A stretch of 64,000 nucleotides of DNA. Source: Candidatus Poseidoniaceae archaeon (GTDB lineage: Archaea; Thermoplasmatota; Poseidoniia; Poseidoniales; Poseidoniaceae). Below the pieces are notes generated by a model. That model worked only from the letters and a program-made list of their open reading frames with translations. It had not been told where the DNA came from and did not search any database. Location: positions 128,001 through 192,000 of the forward strand of contig CBFIJH010000001.1 of NCBI GenBank assembly GCA_965662895.1, written 5' to 3'. The position numbers and the translations under genes were made by a program. Numbering within the stretch: position 1 is the first letter of the stretch; each line of letters opens with the position of its first letter. Positions 27,778 to 38,418 of this stretch are shown here, piece after piece.

Positions 27778-30700
27778 ATGCCTGAGATACAATATCTCGA
27801 ACATCCGACAGAGACGGATGCTTTGATGGACAAATTAAGTCCGCCAGTTCGAAACTGGTTTCGAGAAAAGTTCCCGGATTTCACACGACCACAGAAACTC
27901 GCCATACCGACGATTATGGATGGAGGCCACCTCCTTCTTTGTTCACCAACAGGTTCAGGTAAAACACTCACGGCATTTTTGACAATTATCGATCAATTGG
28001 TAAGAAAGGCACTCGATGGGAAACTGGAAAAAAGAATTCATTGTGTCTACATTTCACCGATCAAAGCACTTGCGAATGACATCCAGAAAAATCTCATCGG
28101 ACCGCTCACAGAAATTTCCGAACGGTTTCTACCGGATCGAGCACAAGAAATCCGTGTTGGATTACGAACAGGAGACACGCCCCAATCCGAACGACAAAAA
28201 ATGTTGAGGAATCCTCCACATATTCTGATTACAACTCCTGAAAGTCTTGCTATCGCTATTACTTCGCCACGATTCCAACCCATCATTAGTGATGTTGAAT
28301 ACATGATTATCGATGAACTGCACTCTCTGGTTCCCACCAAACGAGGGGTTCACTTGGCACTCACCCTTGCGTATCTGGATACACTCCTTGACCGACCTCT
28401 ACAACGTATCGGAATTTCTGCAACCATGGAGCCTCTGGAAACCGTTGCCGAGTATTTGGTGGCAAGCGACGACCGAGAATCACGTGGTGACAATCAAAAG
28501 GTCCACATTGCGAAAGTATCGGGTTCGAGAGAACTTGACTTAGACATACTTTTGCCGCACACAAAATTTAGCGATTTACCCGTCCTCAAGATACTGGATG
28601 AAAACATCAATGTTATTGCAGACCTCATTACAGCGCACACAACTACGCTTGTTTTTGCGAATACGAGAAAAATGACTGAAACACTCGTTCAACGCTTAAG
28701 ACGACCAGAATTTGGCCTCGGTGAACTTGTTGCAGGACACCACGGTTCGATGGACAAGAAAATCCGACTTAATGTTGAGCAGCAGCTCAAAAAAGGTCAC
28801 CTCCGCGCCGTCGTGACATCCTCGTCTCTCGAAATGGGAATTGACATCGGTGCCGTCGATATGGTCATACAACTTGGCTCCCCAGGTGACATCGCAACAG
28901 CGCTGCAGCGTATTGGTCGTGCAGGACACCACGTTGGTGGCATCCCTCGCGCTCGGTTTTTGCCATCAAGCGTCGATGACCTTATCGAACTTGCAGCCCT
29001 ACAAGCTGCTATTCAGTCAGGAGATATGGATCGATTGGACTTTCCGGAAAATTGTCTTGACGTCGTAGCTCAATTCCTTATTGGATTGGTCATCATCAAT
29101 GAAATCGATATCGATGAGGCATTTGAAATCGTATCAAGCGCCTGGAATTACAGGAATTTTGAGTACGACGATTTCATCGAAGTTCTTGACATGCTTGAAG
29201 AAGAGCGACGTGTTTGGGTGGATTGGGAAGACAATACGTACGGAAAACGTGGATATTCTCGTATGATTTATTATACAAACATCGGTACAATCGCCCCGGA
29301 TAATTCCTATCTTGTCTTCAATGCAGAAGGGTCGATTCTCGGACAACTTTCTGGTTCCTTCGTGTCGAATCTTCGAGGAGGCGATGTCATTCTGCTCGGT
29401 GGTTCCACCTACCGTGTTACGAACATACAAGGGACGAGAGTGAATGTATCGAGTGTCACGGGTTACCGTCCAACCGTTCCATCGTGGTCGGGTGAAGCTC
29501 GCTCAAGGAGCCGTGAATTGTCATCATCTCTTCTCGATTTGATTCGACATTGTGTCGTTGCACTTCGTCGTGAACAGGACCCACGTTTGGTACTGAGAGA
29601 AGCCTATGGTCTATCAAATGCGGTCGCTAATGCCATTGCTCGACATTTGGAAGAACATACCATCGATTCCTTTCAAGTTCCTGAACCAAATCGAATTCTC
29701 ATTGAACAGGTCATCGGTGCCGGCCATCCTGCATATCTGATTACGACCTGTCGAGGTCGAGCATTCAACACGGCCTTGGGTTACTTTATGGCAGGAATCG
29801 CTGAATCGTCGGGCGTCAGTGTCATCGAATTGTCGTTTGATGAGAATGGATTACTTATTCGAACTGCTCAAGAAGTCGATCCAGCGCAACTGTATGATGC
29901 GTTTCGCTCAAACAACCACATCGAGGTTATCGAACGATACATCATCAACACACAAATTTTTGCAAAACGGTTCCGAGAGGTTGCAGGACGCTCTTTGATT
30001 ATTCCAAAGCGGGTCGGTGCTGAAGAAATTAGCCCGCAACAATTCCAACAAAAAGCTGAGGCATTGCTCACGCGTCATCGAACAATGGAAGGATCTTTGC
30101 TCATGCGTGAGGCAAAGAATGAGGTTCTGTTTGGCGATATCGATGTTTATGGATTGAACCAATTTTTGGAATCCTGCATCGAGGGTGATGCACGTATCGT
30201 CCACACGAAGGTGACCATACCGTCTCGACTTGGAATGAGCCTCTACATGTCTGCATTTGAGGACCTTATGTCCATGAAGACACGCGCCTTCCTTGTCAAG
30301 GACATCGATCCTGAAGTTCTTCGTCGTCTAATGGGAACGCGAAGCCTTGCAACTGAGATGACCAAAGAACAACTCGACAAGTACTACAGCGATAAAGCAC
30401 CCGTGCCCAATTCACCCGATTCACTGTTTGAATTGATGCAACACGGTGGTGGCCTTGACCGTCAATTCAACAACCCTTTGTATCGTGATAAATTGGATGG
30501 AATTGAACTTGAAGTCATACGTTCGTGGGTTGAAAACTTGTGCCAACGTGGCAAAATTACCAAGGTTGATGGTACTGGAGAAGCAGAAATCGATGGCAAA
30601 TGGTTTAATCCATTCATGGCTGAAATCCATGGTACGCTAGCATGTCTGGCAAGCAGTGATTCGACGTCAATCATCGATCTACGAGATTATGACACAAAGG

Positions 30701-33069
30701 ACATGTCGTTTAACATCGCTACAAAATTTGATGGCACAACTCCAATCGAATGGGAAACGATTTCGGTCGGGGACCCGCACGAGGCATTACGGGTAAAAGT
30801 TCTCGAAATTTTGGGCTCCGAAGGGCCAAAAACAACCGAAGCGCTTCAACAACGTCTTCCATTCTCTGAAAAATCCGTTGATCGGATTGTTCACGAATTG
30901 GAGACGCGTAACGTAATTTCTGTCGGATTTTTCACGCAAACAGAGGATGCTGAAGTCATTTTGAAGGTCGATGAACATCGAATCACAGGAGGAGAAGAGG
31001 ACGTCGTTGAATACCGATGGATTCAGAATCTCGTGCTCGATAAATCGTTCAAAAAATACGACGATGTCTTTGAAGCATTCAATCAACACGTCTTCGTTCA
31101 GAAACAACAGGAACTCCTCTACAGAATTTCGGATTTCCGTTTCAAAGATTGGAAAGATTTGCAATTGGACTCCGATGTGATCAGTGGACGCTTGCTCCAC
31201 AATCGAGTAGGATACACGACAAAGAACAACATCCCAATGCTGCTTGGTCTCAAACCCGAACCCTGGATAGGTGCAATGGAAGAAGAAGTGTTGTCAAAAC
31301 TTCAACCACATGAAAACATTACACGTCAAGAATTGGTTCAAGACTTCCCGAAAGGAGAGGAACATCGACAACTTGAACGCGACGTCAAGAATGCGATTTC
31401 AAACCTAGAGCGCCAGATGCTTTTCGTCAAACAGTTTGAAGAGGTCATTGGACGAAGACGACGACTGTCGCTGTTCCACAAGGTCCACGGCGTCTACAGT
31501 CCGATGGAGTTCGAAGCTGCTCTGGAGGAGGTTGTTCGGCGGATGGGTCCTGTGAAAGCAAGCACGTTGCGATTCTATGTTTCAAGAAATTACGAAGACC
31601 TGCTCGTAGCCCTTCACAATCTCGAAACAAGTGGCCGAATTTCAAAAGTAACGGCTCTCGTACCGGACACTGAGGACTTCTATTGCACCCCTGATGAAGT
31701 CGAATTGTTGCAAGTTCCTCGACGAGAAGACCGTACGATTCGGATTCTAACACAATCCGATCCCTATGTCTCACGGTTCATCTGGGAGGTTCGCTCTGCT
31801 TTGGATCGAGGCTGGTATCTCCCAGTTTTCAAAGGCGTCGATCCTGTCGGCAAGGTTTTGATGTTCAAAGTCAATGATTATTTGGAGATCAAAGATATGC
31901 ATGTGCCTACAGCATACTTTGAAGAATTCTGCGATGCTTTCAACGTCTTGCTTGAAAATCATGCCGACCAACTCGTCGATGTTGCAGTGTTAAGCAACGT
32001 CAACAGTGAGCCGATTTCAGAACTCAGCAAGCCTATGCGAATAGGCTTGGAACGAATCGGATTCAAGCAGGTTGGGGAACGAATGATTCGCGGTGGTGTA
32101 GTGGACCCTCAGCCAAGAGAAATTGCTGAACGTGCACTTTTTCACCAGCATCATTTGCACCAGGAAACACGTCATGAAAATGAAACGTTAGCTCTACGAA
32201 CCATCAAGGAAATTCGCGACGACTTTGCCTTGCGAGGTCGATGCGAAGTCTTCCGAACGAACCTCAAATCGATGGCAAGTGCAAACCGCCTGCATAAAGG
32301 TGTCAACATGCGTGGTCACCAGGTTTGGGCACCATACGAATACTTCGAAACATTGTTGACAATACGTGGAATCCCGCCCGAGGAAGATCTCATTGACATC
32401 ATTGAATTTTTTAGCACGCAAACCGATCCAAACATCTTCAAAGAACGACATGCTTTAACACAATCGGAATTTAGAAAACTAGTTCAGCCGCTCATTCGAA
32501 CAGGACACATCGTTGAGGATTTCCGTGGTGGTTTTCGTGCCGTCCATCCGAAAACTGACAAAGATCCTGTCCATCTTCGAAAAGAATATTTGCGAAATCT
32601 GGTCAGTGATTATCCCGTCATTACTATCAAACAGTTGTTGCGACTCTCGGGAACTCCATTCAAACCTGAAGAATTGAAGGCTGTTCTCAATGAATTCGAA
32701 GAAGATGGTACATTGATCAAAGGATTCCTAATCGAGAATCTTCACGAAGTCTGCTGGGGGAGAAAGGAATTGCTTGAATCTGCGAAGTCCATCAATCCGA
32801 TTCGAGATTTTGTCTTACCACCGACGGATCCAATCGCTCCATACTTTGGCGATGTGCTCAAAGAAAAATTCGGATTTGGCAGCGCTTATCTTGTCTTCCG
32901 TAATGCTGAACCGGTTGCTGCGTTCAAGGCGAATACTCGAAACAAGACCATCGATGTAACCGATTATGAAGGTAGCGAAAAGGGTTGGCGGGTTGTCAAA
33001 GAATTTGCGTGGGAGCATCAAATGCCGCTCAAGACCGAGTTGCGAATTGGTGGAAAAAAGATGAATTGA
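27778..33069 (+). CDS. lhr: Lhr-family SF2 helicase with very long C-terminal region
   Basis: PTGSGKT, ISPIKAL, TTPES, DELH, SAT, HHGS, LEMGID, QRIGRAGH, PSW.GE; 1763 aa. Confidence 0.9.
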   Translation: MPEIQYLEHPTETDALMDKLSPPVRNWFREKFPDFTRPQKLAIPTIMDGGHLLLCSPTGSGKTLTAFLTIIDQLVRKALDGKLEKRIHCVYISPIKALANDIQKNLIGPLTEISERFLPDRAQEIRVGLRTGDTPQSERQKMLRNPPHILITTPESLAIAITSPRFQPIISDVEYMIIDELHSLVPTKRGVHLALTLAYLDTLLDRPLQRIGISATMEPLETVAEYLVASDDRESRGDNQKVHIAKVSGSRELDLDILLPHTKFSDLPVLKILDENINVIADLITAHTTTLVFANTRKMTETLVQRLRRPEFGLGELVAGHHGSMDKKIRLNVEQQLKKGHLRAVVTSSSLEMGIDIGAVDMVIQLGSPGDIATALQRIGRAGHHVGGIPRARFLPSSVDDLIELAALQAAIQSGDMDRLDFPENCLDVVAQFLIGLVIINEIDIDEAFEIVSSAWNYRNFEYDDFIEVLDMLEEERRVWVDWEDNTYGKRGYSRMIYYTNIGTIAPDNSYLVFNAEGSILGQLSGSFVSNLRGGDVILLGGSTYRVTNIQGTRVNVSSVTGYRPTVPSWSGEARSRSRELSSSLLDLIRHCVVALRREQDPRLVLREAYGLSNAVANAIARHLEEHTIDSFQVPEPNRILIEQVIGAGHPAYLITTCRGRAFNTALGYFMAGIAESSGVSVIELSFDENGLLIRTAQEVDPAQLYDAFRSNNHIEVIERYIINTQIFAKRFREVAGRSLIIPKRVGAEEISPQQFQQKAEALLTRHRTMEGSLLMREAKNEVLFGDIDVYGLNQFLESCIEGDARIVHTKVTIPSRLGMSLYMSAFEDLMSMKTRAFLVKDIDPEVLRRLMGTRSLATEMTKEQLDKYYSDKAPVPNSPDSLFELMQHGGGLDRQFNNPLYRDKLDGIELEVIRSWVENLCQRGKITKVDGTGEAEIDGKWFNPFMAEIHGTLACLASSDSTSIIDLRDYDTKDMSFNIATKFDGTTPIEWETISVGDPHEALRVKVLEILGSEGPKTTEALQQRLPFSEKSVDRIVHELETRNVISVGFFTQTEDAEVILKVDEHRITGGEEDVVEYRWIQNLVLDKSFKKYDDVFEAFNQHVFVQKQQELLYRISDFRFKDWKDLQLDSDVISGRLLHNRVGYTTKNNIPMLLGLKPEPWIGAMEEEVLSKLQPHENITRQELVQDFPKGEEHRQLERDVKNAISNLERQMLFVKQFEEVIGRRRRLSLFHKVHGVYSPMEFEAALEEVVRRMGPVKASTLRFYVSRNYEDLLVALHNLETSGRISKVTALVPDTEDFYCTPDEVELLQVPRREDRTIRILTQSDPYVSRFIWEVRSALDRGWYLPVFKGVDPVGKVLMFKVNDYLEIKDMHVPTAYFEEFCDAFNVLLENHADQLVDVAVLSNVNSEPISELSKPMRIGLERIGFKQVGERMIRGGVVDPQPREIAERALFHQHHLHQETRHENETLALRTIKEIRDDFALRGRCEVFRTNLKSMASANRLHKGVNMRGHQVWAPYEYFETLLTIRGIPPEEDLIDIIEFFSTQTDPNIFKERHALTQSEFRKLVQPLIRTGHIVEDFRGGFRAVHPKTDKDPVHLRKEYLRNLVSDYPVITIKQLLRLSGTPFKPEELKAVLNEFEEDGTLIKGFLIENLHEVCWGRKELLESAKSINPIRDFVLPPTDPIAPYFGDVLKEKFGFGSAYLVFRNAEPVAAFKANTRNKTIDVTDYEGSEKGWRVVKEFAWEHQMPLKTELRIGGKKMN

Positions 33070-33189
33070 TTGTCTAATCATTCTACCAATTTTCCTAAAC
33101 CATATTCGTCGATAGAACTCAATATGTCTCATGAATATCGATTGACACGCAGGCAATGGAGTTATGAACGTCCACTCGATGAACGAACC

Positions 33190-36100
33190 ATGGCCAGAGG
33201 CTCACCCGCCGTTGCATGTACCTTGATTCTGATGATGATTGCTTCAACCTGCTTGGTTGCACCAACCCAGGCACAATCAAGCGACATTGAAAACATCGAA
33301 GTACTGCACACAGCAGTCAACCCTGACAACAACAAAACCTACCATCTCCTATCAGCATCATCTTGGGAAAACGCCGCATACAAAGCACGTTCACTCGACG
33401 GATACCTAACGACCATCGACGACGTTGAAGAAAACACGTGGGTTTACGAGACCTTTGCCAGTTTTGATAATCAAAGTCGTCACCTGTGGATTGGGTTAAA
33501 CGATGTCCAAGATGAGGGGATCTATCGTTGGCACGATGGGACACCGTTCTTGTACCGCAACTGGGGCGTTGACCAACCAACCGGAGGAGAAGATTCCGAC
33601 TATGTCCACATCGCTTCAACCAACATGGGCAACATCATGCCACAAACATGGAACGATTTAGAAAACAATCCTGAGTACTTCCCAGTCTACGGCGTAGTTG
33701 AAGTCGGTCGAGGTGCTGATTTCTCCCTGAGATTTGATGGGCATCATGATCACATCATCATCGACCATGATGAAGGACTCACACCAAATGGTTCCCTTAG
33801 CATCGAAGCAACCATCAAAGCAAGCAACATCGATGGCATCCGTTTTGTTACGATGAAAGGTGATTATGGATGGGGAATGTACCTCACCGACGGCGCCATT
33901 GGTTACGCCTCCGAGTACAGCCTCTCAAGACATCCTACGTCCAACATGAGCATTACTGAAAACACGTGGCATACAATCGGTGTCGAAGTCACCGAAGGCG
34001 TTGGCGGAATGTTCACCATCGACGGAATACCTGCAGGAAACATTTCGGCAGAAGATGCCAACATTCCAGAGGGTGATTTCGGTTCCAACGATTGCTACAC
34101 CTCTGGTGACTCCTGCGACGAATTGTACATCGCCAGAATGGGTGCCGGTTGCGATTGTTATCATTTCGAAGGCATCATCGATGATGTCTCCATTTCATTC
34201 TACGAAAACGACATTTGGGAGCCAGCAAGTCATTGGACTTTCTGGGAAGGTGAAGGAAGCGATACCGGCGATGCATTGAACGATGGAGCCGTGAATCGGA
34301 TTGGAATTATCGACGGTGCTGACTGGGTCATGCCCGATGGCTCAATTGTCGCACAAGCATTGGAACTGCCGAACGATGAATTCCTTGTTTTGAACGATAT
34401 TCAGCAAGGTGACACACTTCTCTTTTATGCTGAACTTGATGAATACACCTACATGACGGACATCGCAATTTATTCTTGGTCTGAAATGTTTTACGATGAT
34501 TGGGATTATGAAGGGGACATGCTGTTCGATGCCTACGTTGGCTACGACCGGATTCCCGCACCTTGGGATTACGACATGGAACTAACAAGTTATTGGGGCT
34601 CTGTTTTCAATTCATGGACTTGGCCAGAGTACGACGTTATGTGGTACTCCATCGTTGCCAACGAAGACATTGAAGAGTTGGAAATTCTTGCTTCCTGGGA
34701 AGTCGCCGCCGCCCCACCGAGTCTTGATGAGATGACAGAGTTGTACAATGGGGTGCCAATCCCATCGCAAAACATCCAATCCGATCGAAACAGTTACGAG
34801 GCTTCTCTCGAGTATTATTACGTAAACGTTACAGATTCGCTTACAGAATTGAAAATAGAAACGTATGGAGGTAAAGGGAACATTGACCTCACTCTCTCCT
34901 CTGGCGGGCCAATCGATCCAAATTACTACTACTATTATCCAGAACCTTACTACTACGACGAGTACAGTGAAAACGGTATGCAACAAGACAATGTCGCGTG
35001 GTCCATGAACGATGGAAACGACGAAGAAGTGAACCTCTTCGATGTCGAACCTGGAATTTACTACATCACAGTGTTTAGTTATCGCAAGGCTTCAGATTTT
35101 ACCATAGTTGCCGATTTCACATATGCACCGGAAAACGCTGACCCATCAACAGCCATTGAACTCCAACCCGGGATTGCATACGGGCCAATGAGTGGTTATG
35201 ATGGTCTTGACCAGTATTTCTTCATCGATGTACCAACCGGAACCGAACGACTTGAGGTAGATCTTGACGATGGTTTCGGGGAAGCAACGTTGCACATGCG
35301 ATATGAAAATACGCCGACCGCGAGTGAAGCCGATCACCATTCAGGTGCACCAGGTGCTGGTGATAAAATCGGTTTCAACAATCCGACACCTGGCAAGTGG
35401 TACATTCTCCTCGACTCTGAGAGCGTGTTTAGTGGCGTTTCTATTACAGCTTCTTTCGAAGACCTCTATGTTTGGGAATACGATGGCACACCGATTGAAT
35501 TGTTCAATGATGAAGACGTTCACGGACTAAGCGCACCAGCCGGAGAGGAACTCTACTTCTATGTCGATCTTGAATCCCGTGCTGAAGAATTGATTATCAC
35601 CACCTACGATGGAGAAGGTTCCCTCTACATCACTGCCGATGGTGAAATTGACTACGAAGATATCTTTGGGTTTGAGGAATTTGATGAGTTCGAATTCTTT
35701 GAAGAAGACATCTTTGGTGAAGCATTTACTTCGTACGGGCAAGGAACCTCACACGATCTGTACATTTACTCACCTGCTGCAGGACGTTTCGACATCACCG
35801 TCGTTGCTGAAGACGACTTTTCTGATGTCTCAATCGTGGCTTATTGGAAAGAAGACACGCGAGAAAAGCCCGAGCCTGAGCCGCCTACCATTCTCGACCC
35901 CGATGACATCTACTCATGCGATTATGAACTCGAGGAGTTCTTTGTTGAAATGGATACAAACGGCAATGGGTTGTTGAATGCCGATGAATTCCGCCGATCT
36001 GGCCCTCCGGAAGGAACAGAGTTTTCGGATATTGATACCACTGGAGACGGCATGATTGAGTTCAATGAAGTCCTTGCCTTCGCCTGCACTTGTGAAAATG

Positions 36101-36813
36101 AGCTCGATATGATGATCGAACAACTTCCATACAAGACATCATTGGAATTCTTTGATTCTCTTGACCTGAAGAACGACTATGATTCAATCGCCATGGATTT
36201 GAACCAAGACGAGTACATTTCACACGACGAACTTGAAGAGGCAGTTGACAAATGTACGACCACGTTTAGCCCGTTCGATACGGATGGTGATGGAATTCCA
36301 GACATCGATGATCAATTCCCGAACGATCCAAGTGAATCAAAGGATGCAGATGGTGATGGAATTGGCGACAATGCTGACTTTGCACCGAGCGTCGCAAACG
36401 ATGTTGTGTACGGTGCTGGTGGTGCAGTGCTCATTGTCCTGATCGGATTACTGGTGCTCTTCTTACGAGGTGGAGGTGGAACCAGTCGACAACAGATGGA
36501 TGATGAATGGAACAAGACGGATGCATTTTCAGAACAGATGTTGAACATGAACAGTCAGATTCCAACCTCCACAACTGCTCCAAATGCGCCTGATTTGAAT
36601 GCACCAATCCTCGTATCACCACCCGCCCAAGATACGAAGATTCCGATCTATGATTTTGGCCAATCAACCATCGAAGATACGGCAAACGAACAACCATCAA
36701 GCAGTTTGATGGGAATGATGGATGCGAACGGGCGAGAACACATCGAGTATCCGATGAACAGTGGACGCCTTTGGTACCGTGACAATCCAGATTCGGATTG
36801 GATTAAGAATTAG
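33190..36813 (+). CDS. Large surface protein: C-type lectin, LamG/ConA-like, PPC-like repeats, EF-hands, TSP3, TM, cytoplasmic tail
   Basis: Signal peptide from MARG; WIGLND..EG.YRW.DG..YRNW..DQP..WND; SLRFDG..FEGIIDDV; GGKGNIDL and PGKWYILL; DTNGNGLLNADEF; DTDGDGIPD..DQFPNDPSE; GTTATGAA at -29 supports the 33190 start. Confidence 0.8.
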   Translation: MARGSPAVACTLILMMIASTCLVAPTQAQSSDIENIEVLHTAVNPDNNKTYHLLSASSWENAAYKARSLDGYLTTIDDVEENTWVYETFASFDNQSRHLWIGLNDVQDEGIYRWHDGTPFLYRNWGVDQPTGGEDSDYVHIASTNMGNIMPQTWNDLENNPEYFPVYGVVEVGRGADFSLRFDGHHDHIIIDHDEGLTPNGSLSIEATIKASNIDGIRFVTMKGDYGWGMYLTDGAIGYASEYSLSRHPTSNMSITENTWHTIGVEVTEGVGGMFTIDGIPAGNISAEDANIPEGDFGSNDCYTSGDSCDELYIARMGAGCDCYHFEGIIDDVSISFYENDIWEPASHWTFWEGEGSDTGDALNDGAVNRIGIIDGADWVMPDGSIVAQALELPNDEFLVLNDIQQGDTLLFYAELDEYTYMTDIAIYSWSEMFYDDWDYEGDMLFDAYVGYDRIPAPWDYDMELTSYWGSVFNSWTWPEYDVMWYSIVANEDIEELEILASWEVAAAPPSLDEMTELYNGVPIPSQNIQSDRNSYEASLEYYYVNVTDSLTELKIETYGGKGNIDLTLSSGGPIDPNYYYYYPEPYYYDEYSENGMQQDNVAWSMNDGNDEEVNLFDVEPGIYYITVFSYRKASDFTIVADFTYAPENADPSTAIELQPGIAYGPMSGYDGLDQYFFIDVPTGTERLEVDLDDGFGEATLHMRYENTPTASEADHHSGAPGAGDKIGFNNPTPGKWYILLDSESVFSGVSITASFEDLYVWEYDGTPIELFNDEDVHGLSAPAGEELYFYVDLESRAEELIITTYDGEGSLYITADGEIDYEDIFGFEEFDEFEFFEEDIFGEAFTSYGQGTSHDLYIYSPAAGRFDITVVAEDDFSDVSIVAYWKEDTREKPEPEPPTILDPDDIYSCDYELEEFFVEMDTNGNGLLNADEFRRSGPPEGTEFSDIDTTGDGMIEFNEVLAFACTCENELDMMIEQLPYKTSLEFFDSLDLKNDYDSIAMDLNQDEYISHDELEEAVDKCTTTFSPFDTDGDGIPDIDDQFPNDPSESKDADGDGIGDNADFAPSVANDVVYGAGGAVLIVLIGLLVLFLRGGGGTSRQQMDDEWNKTDAFSEQMLNMNSQIPTSTTAPNAPDLNAPILVSPPAQDTKIPIYDFGQSTIEDTANEQPSSSLMGMMDANGREHIEYPMNSGRLWYRDNPDSDWIKN

Positions 36814-37729
36814 ACTTGGTTCTTTTCTTTCTCAGTCCTGCTGATTCAAGCAGCCGAAGGATGTGTCGATGCAACTCAGGAAGGAGTTCAAACATGGCGA
36901 TGGCCATCACAAACATGGCAAACAATGAAACCACCCGTGACGCATACGAATGTCCGAATTCGAACATGGACATGCCGAGGTACTCCCATCCTTCATAGGA
37001 AAGATGCATCCAAATGAGACCAGCGTTTCTGAATAGATTCAGAATATGGATAATTGGAACAGTGAAAAGCAATGCTCGAATTCTTCGTTTTCGATCAACG
37101 TCCAATACGGAGATTGCCCCAATAAAGACAATCATGGATTGAAGTGCCGTACACGCAAGGACGAAATTGATGCCAATAAATCCACCATCGGCCATGACCA
37201 ATTCGGTTTGGAATGGATGTTCTGCAAATCCATCGGTCATGAACCACTTGTTTCCATCCCACTCGGACCACAGAAATCTGCCTTCATCCGTATTCACCCA
37301 AGTGTCACCGAGTTTGATGTCAACCGTCCCCGTAAACGAGAGAAAAATCGCTACTTGGGATGCTACAAACCAAATCGCGAGAACCGACAACCACGGGATG
37401 TGAGCAACGAGCAGGTAAGGGCCACCCGCATATGCAACGCATCCACGAGCCCAATTCAGTGCAGCACGGTCACGTTCGGTAAGTGAACGTGCCTCTGCAA
37501 TCACCAAGGCTACCGAGATGGGTAGGGCAAGAGCGGTCATTATGGTCAGAACAAGATCCTCAAGTTCAAAGTAATACATCGAGTCGTTGAAAAAATAGAA
37601 TCCAACGAGAATCCACCCTGCCTGAGCTTGCCTCGATACACCGTCATTGTGACGTTTATGCCACGAAATGGCTAACAAAACCATTCCAAGGGCGCCGGCA
37701 ATGGTGGCAACATTCTTGGAAAGGAACAT
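36803..37729 (-). CDS. Archaeosortase/exosortase-family transpeptidase
   Basis: Multi-TM; catalytic Cys in LACTALQS, Arg in NLFRN, His in FEFGH. Confidence 0.85.
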   Translation of the reverse strand: MFLSKNVATIAGALGMVLLAISWHKRHNDGVSRQAQAGWILVGFYFFNDSMYYFELEDLVLTIMTALALPISVALVIAEARSLTERDRAALNWARGCVAYAGGPYLLVAHIPWLSVLAIWFVASQVAIFLSFTGTVDIKLGDTWVNTDEGRFLWSEWDGNKWFMTDGFAEHPFQTELVMADGGFIGINFVLACTALQSMIVFIGAISVLDVDRKRRIRALLFTVPIIHILNLFRNAGLIWMHLSYEGWEYLGMSMFEFGHSYASRVVSLFAMFVMAIAMFELLPELHRHILRLLESAGLRKKRTKSNS

Positions 37730-37802
37730 GGTTCTTCCAAAACCAATCCTCATAGAAACGTTTGCCCATTAAGTCCAACAACCCGTACATTGTCCAAGTA
37801 CC

Positions 37803-38417
37803 ATGGAAGGGCCAATCGTTGATGGATTTGGCTCCGCAAACGGGCCAATCGCGTTTATCGACCGGGATGGAGTTCTCAATTATGGACGGAATGGATACGT
37901 CAATTATCCTGAAGAACTGAACATCATACCTGGTAGCGGCGAGGCCATCGCCCGATTGCGTTCAGCAGGGTACGCTGTTTGTGTCGTTACCAACCAGTCA
38001 CCAATTATGCGTGGATTGTGGACCATTGAACGCTTGCAAACAATTCATGATGAATTACGGAAACAATTGCTTGATGAGCATCAGGATGCAATCATCGACA
38101 TCGTTCTAACATGTCCGCACCGAAGTCGTGATCGTTGCGGTTGTCGCAAACCATGGCCGGGGATGCTTGTGAAAGGGAACAACCTTCTGCGAAATGAAAA
38201 GCGAGCAAACCAACGGATTGATTGGGCTGGAAAGAAACCTGCTGGATGGCATCCATTGGATGCAATGATTGGTGATCGGAAATCCGATATGGGTGCAGGC
38301 TGGGCTGTTGGTGCTCGAACGTTTGAAGTGTTGGACACCCAAGGGTTGCCCCAAGTCATTGACCGTGTTCTCGACGAGAATGATACTGGCGATTTCTACG
38401 ACCCGATGAGGTGGTAG
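37803..38417 (+). CDS. HAD-IIIA phosphatase (GmhB/HisB-N-like)
   Basis: FIDRDGVLN, VTNQS, CPH..CGCRKP.PGM, MIGDRKSD. Confidence 0.88.
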   Translation: MEGPIVDGFGSANGPIAFIDRDGVLNYGRNGYVNYPEELNIIPGSGEAIARLRSAGYAVCVVTNQSPIMRGLWTIERLQTIHDELRKQLLDEHQDAIIDIVLTCPHRSRDRCGCRKPWPGMLVKGNNLLRNEKRANQRIDWAGKKPAGWHPLDAMIGDRKSDMGAGWAVGARTFEVLDTQGLPQVIDRVLDENDTGDFYDPMRW

Positions 38418-38418
38418 C

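Noticed and set aside
27778-33069. Intein as the cause of Lhr length
   Set aside because: Helicase motifs are uninterrupted, and I saw no splice-junction or LAGLIDADG signature; the extra length is C-terminal.
37803-38417. LPS heptose pathway implied by a GmhB-like gene
   Set aside because: No gmhA or hldE nearby; HAD-IIIA substrate cannot be assigned from motifs.
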